64,000 bases of DNA, from NCBI GenBank assembly GCA_963809895.1, contig CAWELD010000003.1, positions 1,152,001-1,216,000 on the forward strand. The letters run 5' to 3'. This document shows positions 38,501 through 48,014 of this stretch, piece by piece. The translations under genes and the position numbers were made by a program. Below the pieces are notes generated by a model that made no database searches, was not told where the DNA came from, and saw nothing but the letters and a program-made list of their open reading frames with translations. How positions within the stretch are numbered: the stretch's first letter is position 1; each line of letters opens with the position of its first letter. This DNA is from an uncultured Gemmatimonadales bacterium (GTDB taxonomy: Bacteria; Gemmatimonadota; Gemmatimonadetes; Longimicrobiales; Gaopeijiaceae).

Positions 38501-38952
38501 GCGGCGTCCTGATGATGGCGATCCTGGGCTTCAACTGGTCCGTCGCCACCGGCGTCGGGTTCATCGCCCTGGCGGGCGTCGCCGCAGAGATCGGCGTCAT
38601 CATGCTCCTGTATCTCGGCAACGCATGGGAGGCCCGCCGGCAGGCGGGTGGAGCCACCGCCGCGGGGCTCCACGATGCGGTGATCGAGGGAGCGGCGCTC
38701 CGTGTGCGGCCCATCATGATGACGGTGACGGCGATCATCGGTGGGCTGCTGCCGATCTTCTGGGGGCACGGGACCGGCGCCACCGTCATGCGCCGCATCG
38801 CCGCTCCCATGGTCGGGGGGATGGTGTCGGCGACGCTGCTCACACTCCTGGTCATTCCCGCGATCTACTCGCTGTGGCAGGAAGCGCTGGTACGCCGCGC
38901 CGCGCGGTCGAGCGTGGATGCCCTCGAGCCCGTTCCCACGGGAGCGGATTGA
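35581..38952 (+). CDS. cusA: Cu(I)/Ag(I) RND efflux pump
   Basis: EDQVTYP, DLYWARSRV, GAMIDAAIVMIEN; Met triad contexts LYMPT, LSMFET, RIDML. Confidence 0.94.
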   Translation: MLKRVIEAAVRNKFLVLLFALFVAAGGVLAMRETPLEALPDLSDVQVIVRTDYAGQAPQIVEDQVTYPVASEMLKVPGAQTVRGYSFFGTSFVYIIFEDGTDLYWARSRVLEYLSAIRGKLPEHADPSLGPDATGLGWVYQYALEDTSGTMSLADLRSYQDWYLRYQLTAVPGVSEVASVGGYERVYEVTVDPVKLRGYGIPVTRVMDALRASNEDVGAMVLEMAEREYMIRGLGYLQDMEDIENVVVASTGHGTPVRVADVAQVRLAPDVRRGVADLNGRGDVVGGIVVMRYGENALATIDRVKEKLSQLEKGFPAGVVLRPVYDRSDLIHRAIGTLKEKLLEESLVVALVTAVFLVHVQSALVAILTLPLGILMAFIAMRALGLGADIMSLGGIAIAIGAMIDAAIVMIENMHKHLERAIDEKRARARALGVPLPGDEGGDYLHTKLLTPRERWDVVVRSSKEVGPALFFSLLIITVSFLPVFSLEAQEGRLFKPLAWTKTLAMGSASLLSVTLVPVAMGLFVRGRIHREHANPVNRVLVRLYKPVLEFVLRFRWPVVASAAALLILTVLPYEKIGSEFMPPLDEGTILYMPTTLPGISVAKARETLRVQDSILAAFPEVASVFGKAGRATTATDPAPLSMFETTIVLRDEEEWRAGMTYDALVAEMDHELRMAGITNSWTMPIKGRIDMLATGIRTPVGVKIFGPDLNELERLAREVEAAVQMVPGTRSAFGERVVSGSYLDIDIDREAAARYGLNVQEIQRVIASAIGGMTITRTVEGRERYGVRVRYPQELRDQPEKLAEILIPVGGRRGGYGMADMAAPATMAGMNDLDPSADRGGMASGAAGVGMGGGGSAQVPLGQVAHIRTVGGPMAVKTEQAFPTAWVFVDVRDSDLGSYVTAAQRMVDQMVTLPTGYSLQWSGQYEYMLRAKERLALVVPATLLIIFLLLFLNFGRLGETLIVMLSLPFALVGGVLMMAILGFNWSVATGVGFIALAGVAAEIGVIMLLYLGNAWEARRQAGGATAAGLHDAVIEGAALRVRPIMMTVTAIIGGLLPIFWGHGTGATVMRRIAAPMVGGMVSATLLTLLVIPAIYSLWQEALVRRAARSSVDALEPVPTGAD

Positions 38953-39031
38953 CGGCGGCGCGCCGGCGACGGATCGTTCAGCAATGAGGTGGAGGTTGCC
39001 CCTCGATCGCGACCACGAAAAAGAGCACACC

Positions 39032-39424
39032 ATGAAGCCGACCCTCCCAAGCCTCGGCGCAGCCTTCTTCGCGCTGGCGCTCCTGGCCTTCGCCCCTCCG
39101 GCGGCGTTCGGCGCTCGACGCCACTTCGAGCTCGTTCGCTCGGACCCCGTCGCGGACTCCACGGTCGCCACCGTCCTGGCGGTTCGTCTCTGGTTCACGG
39201 AGGCGCCCGAGGACAACACGGTGTCCATCCACGTCCTGGATGCGGCCGGCGAACAAACGCCGGTCAGTGACGTGAGCCAGGATTCGGAGGACCCCACGAT
39301 GTTCAGCGTGGCGCCGCGGGCTGCGCTCGCACCGGGCACCTACACCGTCGCCTGGCGTGGCATGGGAGACGACGGTCACGTGGTTCGAGGCCAATACGAG
39401 TTCAGGGTGGCGCAGGCGCGCTAG
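39032..39424 (+). CDS. copC: Periplasmic copper-binding protein CopC
   Basis: Signal peptide; H-x-x-L-x-x-S-x-P, LWFTE, YTVAW..GDDGHV. Confidence 0.88.
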   Translation: MKPTLPSLGAAFFALALLAFAPPAAFGARRHFELVRSDPVADSTVATVLAVRLWFTEAPEDNTVSIHVLDAAGEQTPVSDVSQDSEDPTMFSVAPRAALAPGTYTVAWRGMGDDGHVVRGQYEFRVAQAR

Positions 39425-39438
39425 CGAGCCGACGACCC

Positions 39439-40347
39439 GTGTCCGGCGGCCACCCCCTTCTGGATGCCCTCGTCGGCTGGGTCTTCTTCTTTCCCCTGGC
39501 GCTGAGCCTCGGGTGCGCGGTGAGTCGCTGGACCTTTCTGCGTGGGGGCGAGCCGGCCTCCCCACCGACGCAGCTCGCGTTCCGCCGGAGCACCGTGGCG
39601 CGTCTCGGACAGCACGCGTCCATGGCCGCGGGCGTGGCGCTGCTCGCGTTGGGGGCACGACAGGCCGTCGAATTCCACGATCCGTTCGGCTCCTGGCGTC
39701 AGGACCTGGTGCTACTCCTGAGCGGCACGTCGTGGGGCCGGGTCTGGATCGGTGGCATCGTCGCGGCCGCCCTCGCCCACCTGGGCTTCCGCCGGGCTGC
39801 CCGCGACCGCTCCGGAGGCTGGGTCCTGGCCACGGCCGGTGGGCTGTTGCTGGGCATGGTTCCCGGCCTGACCGGCCACGCCGGCGGCGGCGACCATGGT
39901 GTCCTCCCGCTGGTCGCCGACGCTCTTCACGTATGGGCCATGTCGGGCTGGATCGGCGGCCTCGGTGCCCTTCTCTTCCTCGAGTGGCGTCAGGTACGCG
40001 GTCCAGAGCCGTCGGCCAGCGTCTTGCCCGACCTCGTGCCCCGCTTCTCCCGGCTGGCGATGGTGTGCGTGGCCACCCTGCTGGTCACCGGGATCGTGGC
40101 TGCCTGGCTCCACCTGGGGAGCGTCGCCGACCTGATCCACACCCGATACGGCCTGCTCCTCCTCCTGAAGATCGGGCTCGTGTCCGTCGTTCTGGCTCTG
40201 GGTGGCCTCAACTGGCGTCGTCTGACGCCTCACCTGGGTGAGCCCGAGGGACCTCGGCTCCTGGAACGTGCGGCCATGCTGGAGCTCGTGGTGGCGAACG
40301 TGGTCCTCGCCGTCACCGCCGTGCTCGTGCGCACGCCACCGCCGTGA
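39439..40347 (+). CDS. copD: Copper resistance membrane protein CopD
   Basis: TGHA, LH..A..WIGGL, RFS, YG.LLLLK; follows copC. Confidence 0.85.
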   Translation: MSGGHPLLDALVGWVFFFPLALSLGCAVSRWTFLRGGEPASPPTQLAFRRSTVARLGQHASMAAGVALLALGARQAVEFHDPFGSWRQDLVLLLSGTSWGRVWIGGIVAAALAHLGFRRAARDRSGGWVLATAGGLLLGMVPGLTGHAGGGDHGVLPLVADALHVWAMSGWIGGLGALLFLEWRQVRGPEPSASVLPDLVPRFSRLAMVCVATLLVTGIVAAWLHLGSVADLIHTRYGLLLLLKIGLVSVVLALGGLNWRRLTPHLGEPEGPRLLERAAMLELVVANVVLAVTAVLVRTPPP

Positions 40348-40352
40348 TCTGA

Positions 40353-41498
40353 TCAGGCGGTCGCGTGACGGCGCCGGTAGCCTTTCCCCCACCGCAGGAC
40401 CAGCCTTCCCAGGTGGCCGTCGTTCTCGTTCACGGCGTTCAGGAGCGCCCAGGCGAAGCCGTACCAGGTTCGTGAGGCGAGCGCACGTTCGAGGAGGCGC
40501 AAGCCACGCGGCGACTCGAGGAGGTGACGCCGCAGGAGCCGCCCGCGCCGGAACTCGTCTTCGAAGGTCTCAGCCGCCATCGCGGGGTACCGGGCCGGGT
40601 CCCCCGCCTCCCAGGCCCGAGCGAGAAGGCCCGCGGAGCGCAGGGCGTTCTGGATCCCTTCGCCGGTGAGTGGATCGGCCAGGCCGGCGGCGTCGCCGAT
40701 CAGCGCGAAGTCGGCTCCTCCGATAGCGCCGTAGTCGCCGTGACCATGCCACGCGGTGCCGATGACCGCGCCGGCGCGCTCCACCGACGGCCCGACCCCA
40801 CCGTCGACCCGCGAGGCATAGTCGTCGATCTCGCCATCGAGCTGCGGCCGGCGCCACGTGCTCTCCGGGACCACGATACCCACCGAACGATGGTCTGGCC
40901 GCGGAAAGTCCCACAGGTAGCCCGCGACATCGTCGTAGAAGCGGAGGGTCGCTCGTTCGGGATCCGGGCCGGTACCCCCGGGATAGGCCACGCGGGTGGG
41001 CTCCAGCTCCACCTTGAAATCGGGGGCCACGACCCGGCGTACGAGGCTCGCCGCCCCGTCGGCACCGACGAGGAATGCGGCCCGCAGCTCCTCGTCGGGT
41101 GTCTCGAGGCGCCAACCGCCGCCACCTGCCCGGGCAATCGTGCGCACACGCACCGGGCGGTGCAGCACGCCGGCCGCGCCGGCACGTTCGAGCTGCCAAC
41201 GCCCCAGGAGCCGCCTGGACACGATCCAGATGGGCTGTTCCAGGGGCAGGCCCAGCGATTGCCGGTGCTGTATCTCCACCCGCACGCCCGCTACCGGCCG
41301 CGCCAGGGACCGGATCTCCCCGAGCTCGGGCATCTCCTCGAAGGCGGCCGGCGTGAGCCCACCGCCGCACGGCTTCTCCCACGGAGCTCTCGGGTCCAGG
41401 AGCACCACGGAGGCGCCCATGGCCGCCAGGAGCTCGGCCACGCGGGCCCCCGCGGGCCCCGCCCCCACCACGGCGACGTCGACGATCTCGCTCATCAT
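40353..41498 (-). CDS. Geranylgeranyl-reductase-family FAD oxidoreductase
   Basis: GAGPAG, KPCGGG, GADG, GDAAGLADPLTGEGI. Confidence 0.88.
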   Translation of the reverse strand: MMSEIVDVAVVGAGPAGARVAELLAAMGASVVLLDPRAPWEKPCGGGLTPAAFEEMPELGEIRSLARPVAGVRVEIQHRQSLGLPLEQPIWIVSRRLLGRWQLERAGAAGVLHRPVRVRTIARAGGGGWRLETPDEELRAAFLVGADGAASLVRRVVAPDFKVELEPTRVAYPGGTGPDPERATLRFYDDVAGYLWDFPRPDHRSVGIVVPESTWRRPQLDGEIDDYASRVDGGVGPSVERAGAVIGTAWHGHGDYGAIGGADFALIGDAAGLADPLTGEGIQNALRSAGLLARAWEAGDPARYPAMAAETFEDEFRRGRLLRRHLLESPRGLRLLERALASRTWYGFAWALLNAVNENDGHLGRLVLRWGKGYRRRHATA

Positions 41499-41600
41499 GG
41501 CCGGAACCTAAGCTCCCGACTGCCCGCGTTCGAGAGCCACACGCAGAGCAGCCCTGTGTGCGCGGATCCGGTGTCACCTGTGGGGAAGCGCCCCACACCG

Positions 41601-41639
41601 CATGATTATCTCTTCATTTCGACTTCACGACGGGTTCAT
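41601..41639 (+). promoter_or_regulatory. 11-bp-period direct repeats upstream of DUF411 gene
   Basis: CATGAT (41601), CTTCAT (41612), CTTCAC (41623), GTTCAT (41634). Confidence 0.55.
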
Positions 41640-41708
41640 CCACCCTACACCAACTTCGAGGGGTCGAAGCCTGCAGCCGCGGCGCCGCCGCCCACGCACG
41701 GAGAGCAC

Positions 41709-42221
41709 ATGCGAGTGAAACTGACCGCCCTCGGGGTCCTGGCCATCATCCTCGGCGGCGCGTCCCTGGCCTTCAGGTCCGAGGGAGAGCCCATGGTGGA
41801 CCCGGGCAGGATCGCGTTGGCAAGCCCCGACCAGGGGACCGCCTCTCAGGTGATCCACGTCTACAAGTCACCTACCTGCGGCTGCTGCGGCGACTGGGTC
41901 GAGCATCTGCGGGCGGCGGGCTTCGAGGTGGAGGTCGAGAACGTCCAGGACCTCGTCGCGGTGAAGCGCCGGTTCGGGATCCCGGATCGCCTCGCCACCT
42001 GCCACACGGCGGTCGTGGGACGATATCTGGTGGAGGGCCACGTGCCCGCTGAGGATCTGCGCCGCTTCCTGGACCAGTCGCCGGACGTGGCGGGCCTCGC
42101 AGTCCCCGGGATGCCGGTCGGCTCCCCCGGAATGGAGGTGGAGGGCCAGCCCGACCAGCCCTACGACGTCCTGGCGTTCGACGCGCAGGGACGGACCACC
42201 GTTTTCGCAGAACATCGCTGA
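41709..42221 (+). CDS. DUF411 (CopG-type) periplasmic metal-binding protein
   Basis: YKSPTCGCC, TCHTA, EGHVP, PGMPVGSPGME. Confidence 0.92.
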   Translation: MRVKLTALGVLAIILGGASLAFRSEGEPMVDPGRIALASPDQGTASQVIHVYKSPTCGCCGDWVEHLRAAGFEVEVENVQDLVAVKRRFGIPDRLATCHTAVVGRYLVEGHVPAEDLRRFLDQSPDVAGLAVPGMPVGSPGMEVEGQPDQPYDVLAFDAQGRTTVFAEHR

Positions 42222-42469
42222 GCAGGACCCGGTCCCGCCGGAGGGAGCCTGAGCGCCCCCGGTGGGATCCGCCGAAGCACCGGAAGAGCACCGGACGTCG
42301 TCACGTTCGGAACACGAGGCTGCGGCGGCCGACGGGACCGGGAGCATCTCCATTCGGGATCCCTTCGGAGACTCGTGCGGTATAGTAGGTACAACTCTTC
42401 AGAGTTGAACCATCTGTCATGAGTCGGGGGGATCGGCTCTGCCGGTCCCGCCCCGAAAAGGGAGGAAAG

Positions 42470-42901
42470 ATGAAGACGACCTCGAGGTCTCGCGGCTTCT
42501 GGACCGCACTCGCCGTGTTCGCGCTGCCGCTCGTTGCGGCATGCGCGTCAACCGGCGGTGCCGGACAAGCAGAAGCGAAGGCCGCGACACCGAGGATTCC
42601 CAGCCAGGGCATCCCCGTCGTGGTCGAGAACGACAACTTCAACGACGTGACGGTCTACGCCATGACCGGCTCGGCGTCCTATCGTCTGGGCACGGTCACG
42701 GGCATCCACTCCGACACGCTGCACATCCGGCAGGCCTACCTCGCTGGCGGCCCGCTGCGCCTTCTCGTCGACCCCATCGGATCGCTCAACGCGTACCTGT
42801 CCGATCCGGTCATCGTGGACCAGCGCTCCGAGGTCCAGCTCGATGTCGGGCAGACGCTGGCGCTCTCCACGATCAGTACGTGGGATCGCAAGGCCCAGTG
42901 A
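42470..42901 (+). CDS. Small lipoprotein of unknown function
   Basis: GGAGG RBS; lipobox VAAC; VEN.NFNDVTVY..RLG.V. Confidence 0.75.
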   Translation: MKTTSRSRGFWTALAVFALPLVAACASTGGAGQAEAKAATPRIPSQGIPVVVENDNFNDVTVYAMTGSASYRLGTVTGIHSDTLHIRQAYLAGGPLRLLVDPIGSLNAYLSDPVIVDQRSEVQLDVGQTLALSTISTWDRKAQ

Positions 42902-42983
42902 CGGTGATTCCGGCGCCGGCCCGGATCGAGGGCCGGCGCCCCGCCTCCCGCTGAGCCTCCTCTACCGCGTCCGATACGATCCC

Positions 42984-43739
42984 TTGGAAATCCCCCGCAT
43001 CCGGGAGTTCCGACCGGGTCTCGTCCTGCTCGAGGCGCGGGTCGAGGACTTCGACGTGCGCTCCGCCGTCGTGGTGGGATCTCGGCGCGCGCTCGTGTGG
43101 GACACCCTCGCCCATCCGCGCCAGATGGCGCCGGTGGCCGGACTTGCCGAGGCACGACCGGTGACGGTCGCCTACAGCCACGCGGACTGGGATCACGTGT
43201 TCGGCACCGGCGGCCTCACGAACTGGACAGAGATCGTAGCCCATGAAGTTGCTGCGGCGCGCTTCGGGGGCGACGTGCCCGCCGAGTTGGCGCGCCGTCA
43301 CGCCACCGACCCCGAAGAGTGGGGCGCCGTCCGCCTGGAGGCCCCCACCCGGACCTTCCGGCGAACGCTCACCATCGACCTCGGCGATGTCGAGGTGCGG
43401 CTCGAAGCACTCCCCGGACACACCGCGGACTGCATCGTCGCCTGCATCCCCTCCTGGGGCGTGTTGCTGGCCGGCGACACCGTGGAGACCCCTCTTCCGG
43501 TCGTGAACGACGCCGCGGCGATCGAGGCCTGGACGGACCGGCTCACCCAGATCGCGGCCGAGCCGTGGTTGGAGCACGTCGTGCCCGCGCACGGCAGCGC
43601 CGGAGGAACCGCGCCTCTCGAGGAGACGCTGAGGTACCTGGAGGCCCTCACGAAGGGGCGTCCCCCCACCCTTCCCGACCCGATGGAGCCCTTCTATCGC
43701 GAGACCCACGCGCGCAATCTCCGGCTGGTGGCGGACTGA
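42984..43739 (+). CDS. MBL-fold metallo-hydrolase
   Basis: SHADWDH, PGHT, AGD, VPAHG; start uncertain (TTG 42984). Confidence 0.85.
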   Translation: MEIPRIREFRPGLVLLEARVEDFDVRSAVVVGSRRALVWDTLAHPRQMAPVAGLAEARPVTVAYSHADWDHVFGTGGLTNWTEIVAHEVAAARFGGDVPAELARRHATDPEEWGAVRLEAPTRTFRRTLTIDLGDVEVRLEALPGHTADCIVACIPSWGVLLAGDTVETPLPVVNDAAAIEAWTDRLTQIAAEPWLEHVVPAHGSAGGTAPLEETLRYLEALTKGRPPTLPDPMEPFYRETHARNLRLVAD

Positions 43740-43949
43740 GGCACGCGGAGGGTCGTCCGAGCGCCAGGCCGTACGATGAGCGAACGGGTCACAACGTCCC
43801 GCGACGGGAGGACCTGACCCGCTCGCGGGATTCCCGGACGCCGGCAACCGCGAAGAATCGCGGCCCGGACGACCCGTGCAGGTGGCATGAAGGATGCCGG
43901 ATCTGGAGCGGTGCACCCAGGCGCGCCAGCTCACCAGGAGTCACAGCCC

Positions 43950-44423
43950 ATGCCCCCTCGAGCCACCACACCGGAGTGGCCGACGACGGTCTCCGACCTG
44001 ATGGAGCGCGAGGTCGTCACCGCGACGCCGGACATGCCGGTGCCCACCCTCGCCCGTCTCCTCCGGGACCACCGCGTGAGCGGCGTGCCGGTGGTGGATG
44101 CCGAGGGACACGTGGTGGGCACCGTGAGCAGCACGGACCTTCTCTGGCTGTGCGAGATCCTCCTCCCCCGCCCCCACGATCGCGACGGCGCGCACCACAA
44201 TCGGCGAAACCACGCCAACACGCGCACCGTGGGAGACGTCATGACCCCCGACGTATTCGGAGTGCGGCCGGAAGACAGCCTGGAGGAGCTGTGCCGCTTC
44301 ATGGCACGCACCGGCCTGCGCCGGGCCCCCGTCATGGAAGACGGACGGCTGGTGGGAATGGTGTCCTTCACCGACCTGTTGGCGCTCATGGCCGACGACG
44401 CGGAGGGCGACGGCGCGGACTGA
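43950..44423 (+). CDS. CBS-domain protein
   Basis: AGGAG RBS; VSDLM, SGVPVVD, VGDVMT. Confidence 0.85.
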   Translation: MPPRATTPEWPTTVSDLMEREVVTATPDMPVPTLARLLRDHRVSGVPVVDAEGHVVGTVSSTDLLWLCEILLPRPHDRDGAHHNRRNHANTRTVGDVMTPDVFGVRPEDSLEELCRFMARTGLRRAPVMEDGRLVGMVSFTDLLALMADDAEGDGAD

Positions 44424-44749
44424 GCTTGACCATGCCCCTTGCGGGCCACCTGGGAGGGTGGAACGTGAGAGGGCGCGGGTGCCATGGGTTGGGAGGAGCC
44501 GCCCGGAGCTCTCGGCCCGCCGCAGGCGGCCCGTCAGGGGGCGCGCGCCGCCTGGGGTTTGCGGCCAGGGACGACAGGCGCGGGCGTGAGGGCTGCAAAG
44601 GCCATGATTATCCTGGTGTTCGCAGCCACGAGTGCGCCGGCGACGGTCCAGGGCTGCGAACGCCGTGATAGTCATGGTGTTCGCAGCCGACTTCTTCGGC
44701 CCCGCCCTTCGGCGGCTGCGATCCCCCATGTCCGCGCGCCTCGCTCCCG

Positions 44750-46087
44750 TCAATCGAGTCGCCGGAGTCGCCGGTCCATCCTTCCCAGGTCGGCTTCGAG
44801 CAGGCGCCGATACACGTCCCCTTTCACGTAGTAGTCGTGCCGCTGCGTCGGGAGGTACTTCCGCCCCCCGCGCATGTCCGGGCGCTCCCGTGAGCGCCGC
44901 TCCTCCAACCAGGTCACACCACCCGGATCCTCGCGCCGAGCGGCCAGATAGCGCGCGACGAGCTCCGCCTGCAGGGCGAACAGCTCGTAGGCGGCGCCGT
45001 CCGTCTCCAGGAGTCCCATGAAGAAGAGCGTGGGGATGCTCCGGTGGAAGAGGTTGAGGTAGAGGTCCAGAACGCCGTCCCGCCGCTCCAGCAGCCCGTC
45101 CGCGAGGAACGGGAAGACCCGGCGGTAGCCCGTGGCCAGGACGACCACGTCCACCTCTTCCTCGGTTCCGTCGGCGAACAGCACGCGGTCGCCACGCCAC
45201 TCGGACACGTCGGGTTTCACCTCGAGATCGCCGTGGCCCAGGTGGTGAAGCACCTGCGTGTTCATGATGGGATGCGATTCGAGGATGCGGTGATCGGGCC
45301 GGGGCAATCCGTACCGGGTGAGGTCGCCCACCAGCACCCGGTCCAGGAGGAATCCGAAGAGCCGCTCCTCGAGCCATCGTGGCAGGTTGGGCCCCTGGTG
45401 GGCGAATACGTCGGCGGGCTTCCCGAAGACGTATTTGGGCACGAAGTGGTAGCCGCGACGGAGGCTCAGGAAAGCGCGCTCGGCGACCCGCGCGGCGTCG
45501 CAGGCGATGTCGCAACCGGAGTTGCCGCCGCCCACCAGGAGCACCCGCCGGCCGCGGAGCTGCTCCGGCGAGCGGTAGTGGAACGAGTGGTAGAGCTCGC
45601 CATCGAAAGGACCGGGGATCTCCGGCAGGTTCGGGTGCCACGCCATCCCCGTGGCCACCACCAGCGCGGCGTAGCGCCGCTCCGCCCCCGACGCCAGCGT
45701 GACGCGCCAGACGGGGTGCGCCGGTCCGCCGTCGACCTGCGGTGCCACCGACTCCACCCGCGTTCTCAGCTGCACGTGCGGCTCGAGACCCCGGGCCACG
45801 GCGTAGTCCTGCACGTAGGCCAGGATCTGATCGTGGCGCGGGTAGTCCGGGTAGTCCCGAGGCATGGGAAAGCCCGGAAAGCCCGACAGCGTCTTCGACG
45901 AGATGAAGTGGGCCGACTCGTACATGGGCGTCTCGGCCCGATCGATGTCCCAGATGCCGCCGATGCGGTCCCCGGCGTCGAGGATCTCGAAGGGGATGCC
46001 CCGCTCGCTCAACGCGGCTCCGGCGCTCAATCCCGCCGGCCCCGCGCCGATGATCCCGACCGTCGACACATCTCCACTGTTCGCCAT
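44750..46087 (-). CDS. Flavin-containing monooxygenase (FMO family)
   Basis: GAGPAG, GGIW, F.G.LYHS..Y, GGGNSG, ATGY. Confidence 0.9.
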   Translation of the reverse strand: MANSGDVSTVGIIGAGPAGLSAGAALSERGIPFEILDAGDRIGGIWDIDRAETPMYESAHFISSKTLSGFPGFPMPRDYPDYPRHDQILAYVQDYAVARGLEPHVQLRTRVESVAPQVDGGPAHPVWRVTLASGAERRYAALVVATGMAWHPNLPEIPGPFDGELYHSFHYRSPEQLRGRRVLLVGGGNSGCDIACDAARVAERAFLSLRRGYHFVPKYVFGKPADVFAHQGPNLPRWLEERLFGFLLDRVLVGDLTRYGLPRPDHRILESHPIMNTQVLHHLGHGDLEVKPDVSEWRGDRVLFADGTEEEVDVVVLATGYRRVFPFLADGLLERRDGVLDLYLNLFHRSIPTLFFMGLLETDGAAYELFALQAELVARYLAARREDPGGVTWLEERRSRERPDMRGGRKYLPTQRHDYYVKGDVYRRLLEADLGRMDRRLRRLD

Positions 46088-46088
46088 C

Positions 46089-47120
46089 TCAGCTCCAGCC
46101 GTAGTAGCCCAGGGATCTCCGGATCTTCAGCCGACGAACCAGATTGAGGGGCTTACGCCGCAGGTGCCCCAGGCCCCGCGCGGCCAGGTCGTCCGCGGCG
46201 TCCAGCACCCGCTCCGACGAGCGACCGTCCCGGTAGGGGTGCACCTCTTCCGTGTAGCTCCGGATCCGCTCCATGAGGTCGTCGGGCCTGGCCAGGGCCC
46301 ACGCGACGGCCGGACCGACCTCGTCGACGCCCGTGACGTCGAGGAACTCGGGCCCCGGTTGCCGGTGGCGGAAGGTCACCACCGGACGCTGCAGCATGAG
46401 GAACTCCACCGGCGCCGAGGACGTGTCCGAGATCATCACGTCCGCCTCCCGCAGGAGCGGCACCAGATCGGCCCCCTCCTCGAAGCTCAGATTCGGCCCC
46501 ACCAGGCCGCGATACGCCTCCACCAGCGCCGGCTCGGTCTTGGAGTGCAGCTTCACGCGCCACTGCCAGCGGGGATCCCGCGACAACTGGCCGACCGTCT
46601 CCAGGAGCGCCGGCGCCGAGGTGAGCGAAGGGCTGAAGGTCGGCGCGTATAGCACCACCGGCCGCGGATTCCCGGGACCACCCTCCGGAAGTGGAAAGAG
46701 CGGATCCATCTTCGGAAACCCCGTCTCCGCTACCTCGAACCAGCCCTTGCGCGCCGCCAGCTCCCTGAAGGGAGCGGTGGTGGTGGGCCCGTGGGTACAG
46801 TAGAGGTCGAAGAATCCGCGCAGGCGGAAGTGCCCCTTCCGGTCGGGACGCTTGTGGGCGTCGAACCCGTGGAAGACCTCCACCTTGACGCCCGGAAAGA
46901 AATCGGGCACACGGTTGCCCGGAACCAGCACCGCGTCGGGCCGGAAGCCTCGCACCCCCTCCACCGTGTCGAGCAGGCGCTCCCCGCTCTCCAGCAGCTC
47001 GGCTCCGGGACCGTCGAAGAACCACGCCACCGCGCCGCCCCGGGACCGGATGGCGGCCTGGAGCGGGCGCAAGATGCCCACGGCGTAGGCTTCGGAACCG
47101 TAGAGGAGGTAGCGCTTCAC
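46089..47120 (-). CDS. CDP-glycerol glycerophosphotransferase (TagB/TagF-like) family protein
   Basis: FHG, TGFPKMD, LYAPTF, KLH, ISDTSS, DGRSSERV; probable GTG start. Confidence 0.85.
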   Translation of the reverse strand: MKRYLLYGSEAYAVGILRPLQAAIRSRGGAVAWFFDGPGAELLESGERLLDTVEGVRGFRPDAVLVPGNRVPDFFPGVKVEVFHGFDAHKRPDRKGHFRLRGFFDLYCTHGPTTTAPFRELAARKGWFEVAETGFPKMDPLFPLPEGGPGNPRPVVLYAPTFSPSLTSAPALLETVGQLSRDPRWQWRVKLHSKTEPALVEAYRGLVGPNLSFEEGADLVPLLREADVMISDTSSAPVEFLMLQRPVVTFRHRQPGPEFLDVTGVDEVGPAVAWALARPDDLMERIRSYTEEVHPYRDGRSSERVLDAADDLAARGLGHLRRKPLNLVRRLKIRRSLGYYGWS

Positions 47121-47267
47121 GGGATCGCTGAGGGCTGGCCGGACGAACGCGGAAGACAAGGTAACACGTGAGGGGAACGAGCGACGTTCCGTCGCACTCC
47201 CAGCGGGCCGCGGTTACATTCTCCGGCGATCCTCCGTCACTCCGCTTCTCACCGCACACGCAAGGCC

Positions 47268-48014
47268 GTGCCCGCTATCCGCTCCGCCCCACCCGCGGTG
47301 ATTCTGGCCGCCGGCCAGGGCGCCCGCATCGGATCTCCCCTTCCCAAGCCCCTGACCCCGCTGCGCGGTCACTCGTTGCTGGAGCGCACCGTGACCAGCC
47401 TGAGCCTCGTGGGTGTGCAGGAAGTGTGGGTGACCGTGGGGCATCGCGCCCCCGAGGTCGCGGCACACGCGGTTACGGTGGGCCAGACCGTGGGGGTGTC
47501 CGTGCACCCGGTGGAGGTGCCTGGATGGGAGCGGGGGAACGGCGCCAGCGCCCTGGCCGTGGCCGAGCACATCGGTGACCGGCCCTTCTTCCTCCTCATG
47601 GCGGATCACCTCATCGAGCCGAGCATCCTCGAGCGGCTCCTGAGCGATCCTCCGGGGCCCGACGAGGTCTGCCTCGCCGTGGACCGCGACCTCGACGGGC
47701 TCTTCGACGTCCCCGACGTCACCAAGGTGCGGACGCGCGCCGACGGCAGCTTCGAAGCCATCGGCAAGGAGCTGGAGGACTGGGACGCCGCGGATACCGG
47801 CGTCTTCCTGTGCACCCCGGCGCTCTTTCGCGAGCTGGCGGCCGCCGGCGCCCGCAACCGTCACCAGCTCTCCCACGCCATGGCGCGTCTCGCCCACGAG
47901 CGCCGGGCCCGGGCCGTGGACGCCACCGGCTGCCGATGGCTCGACGTGGACACACCCGAGGCGTTGCACGAAGCCGAGGCGTGGCTGGACGCCGTGAACG
48001 CGGGGACACCATAG
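47268..48014 (+). CDS. NTP transferase (LicC/inositol-1-P cytidylyltransferase-like)
   Basis: LAAGQGAR..PKPL, GNG.S, MADH, DTG.F, WLDVDTP. Confidence 0.82.
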   Translation: MPAIRSAPPAVILAAGQGARIGSPLPKPLTPLRGHSLLERTVTSLSLVGVQEVWVTVGHRAPEVAAHAVTVGQTVGVSVHPVEVPGWERGNGASALAVAEHIGDRPFFLLMADHLIEPSILERLLSDPPGPDEVCLAVDRDLDGLFDVPDVTKVRTRADGSFEAIGKELEDWDAADTGVFLCTPALFRELAAAGARNRHQLSHAMARLAHERRARAVDATGCRWLDVDTPEALHEAEAWLDAVNAGTP

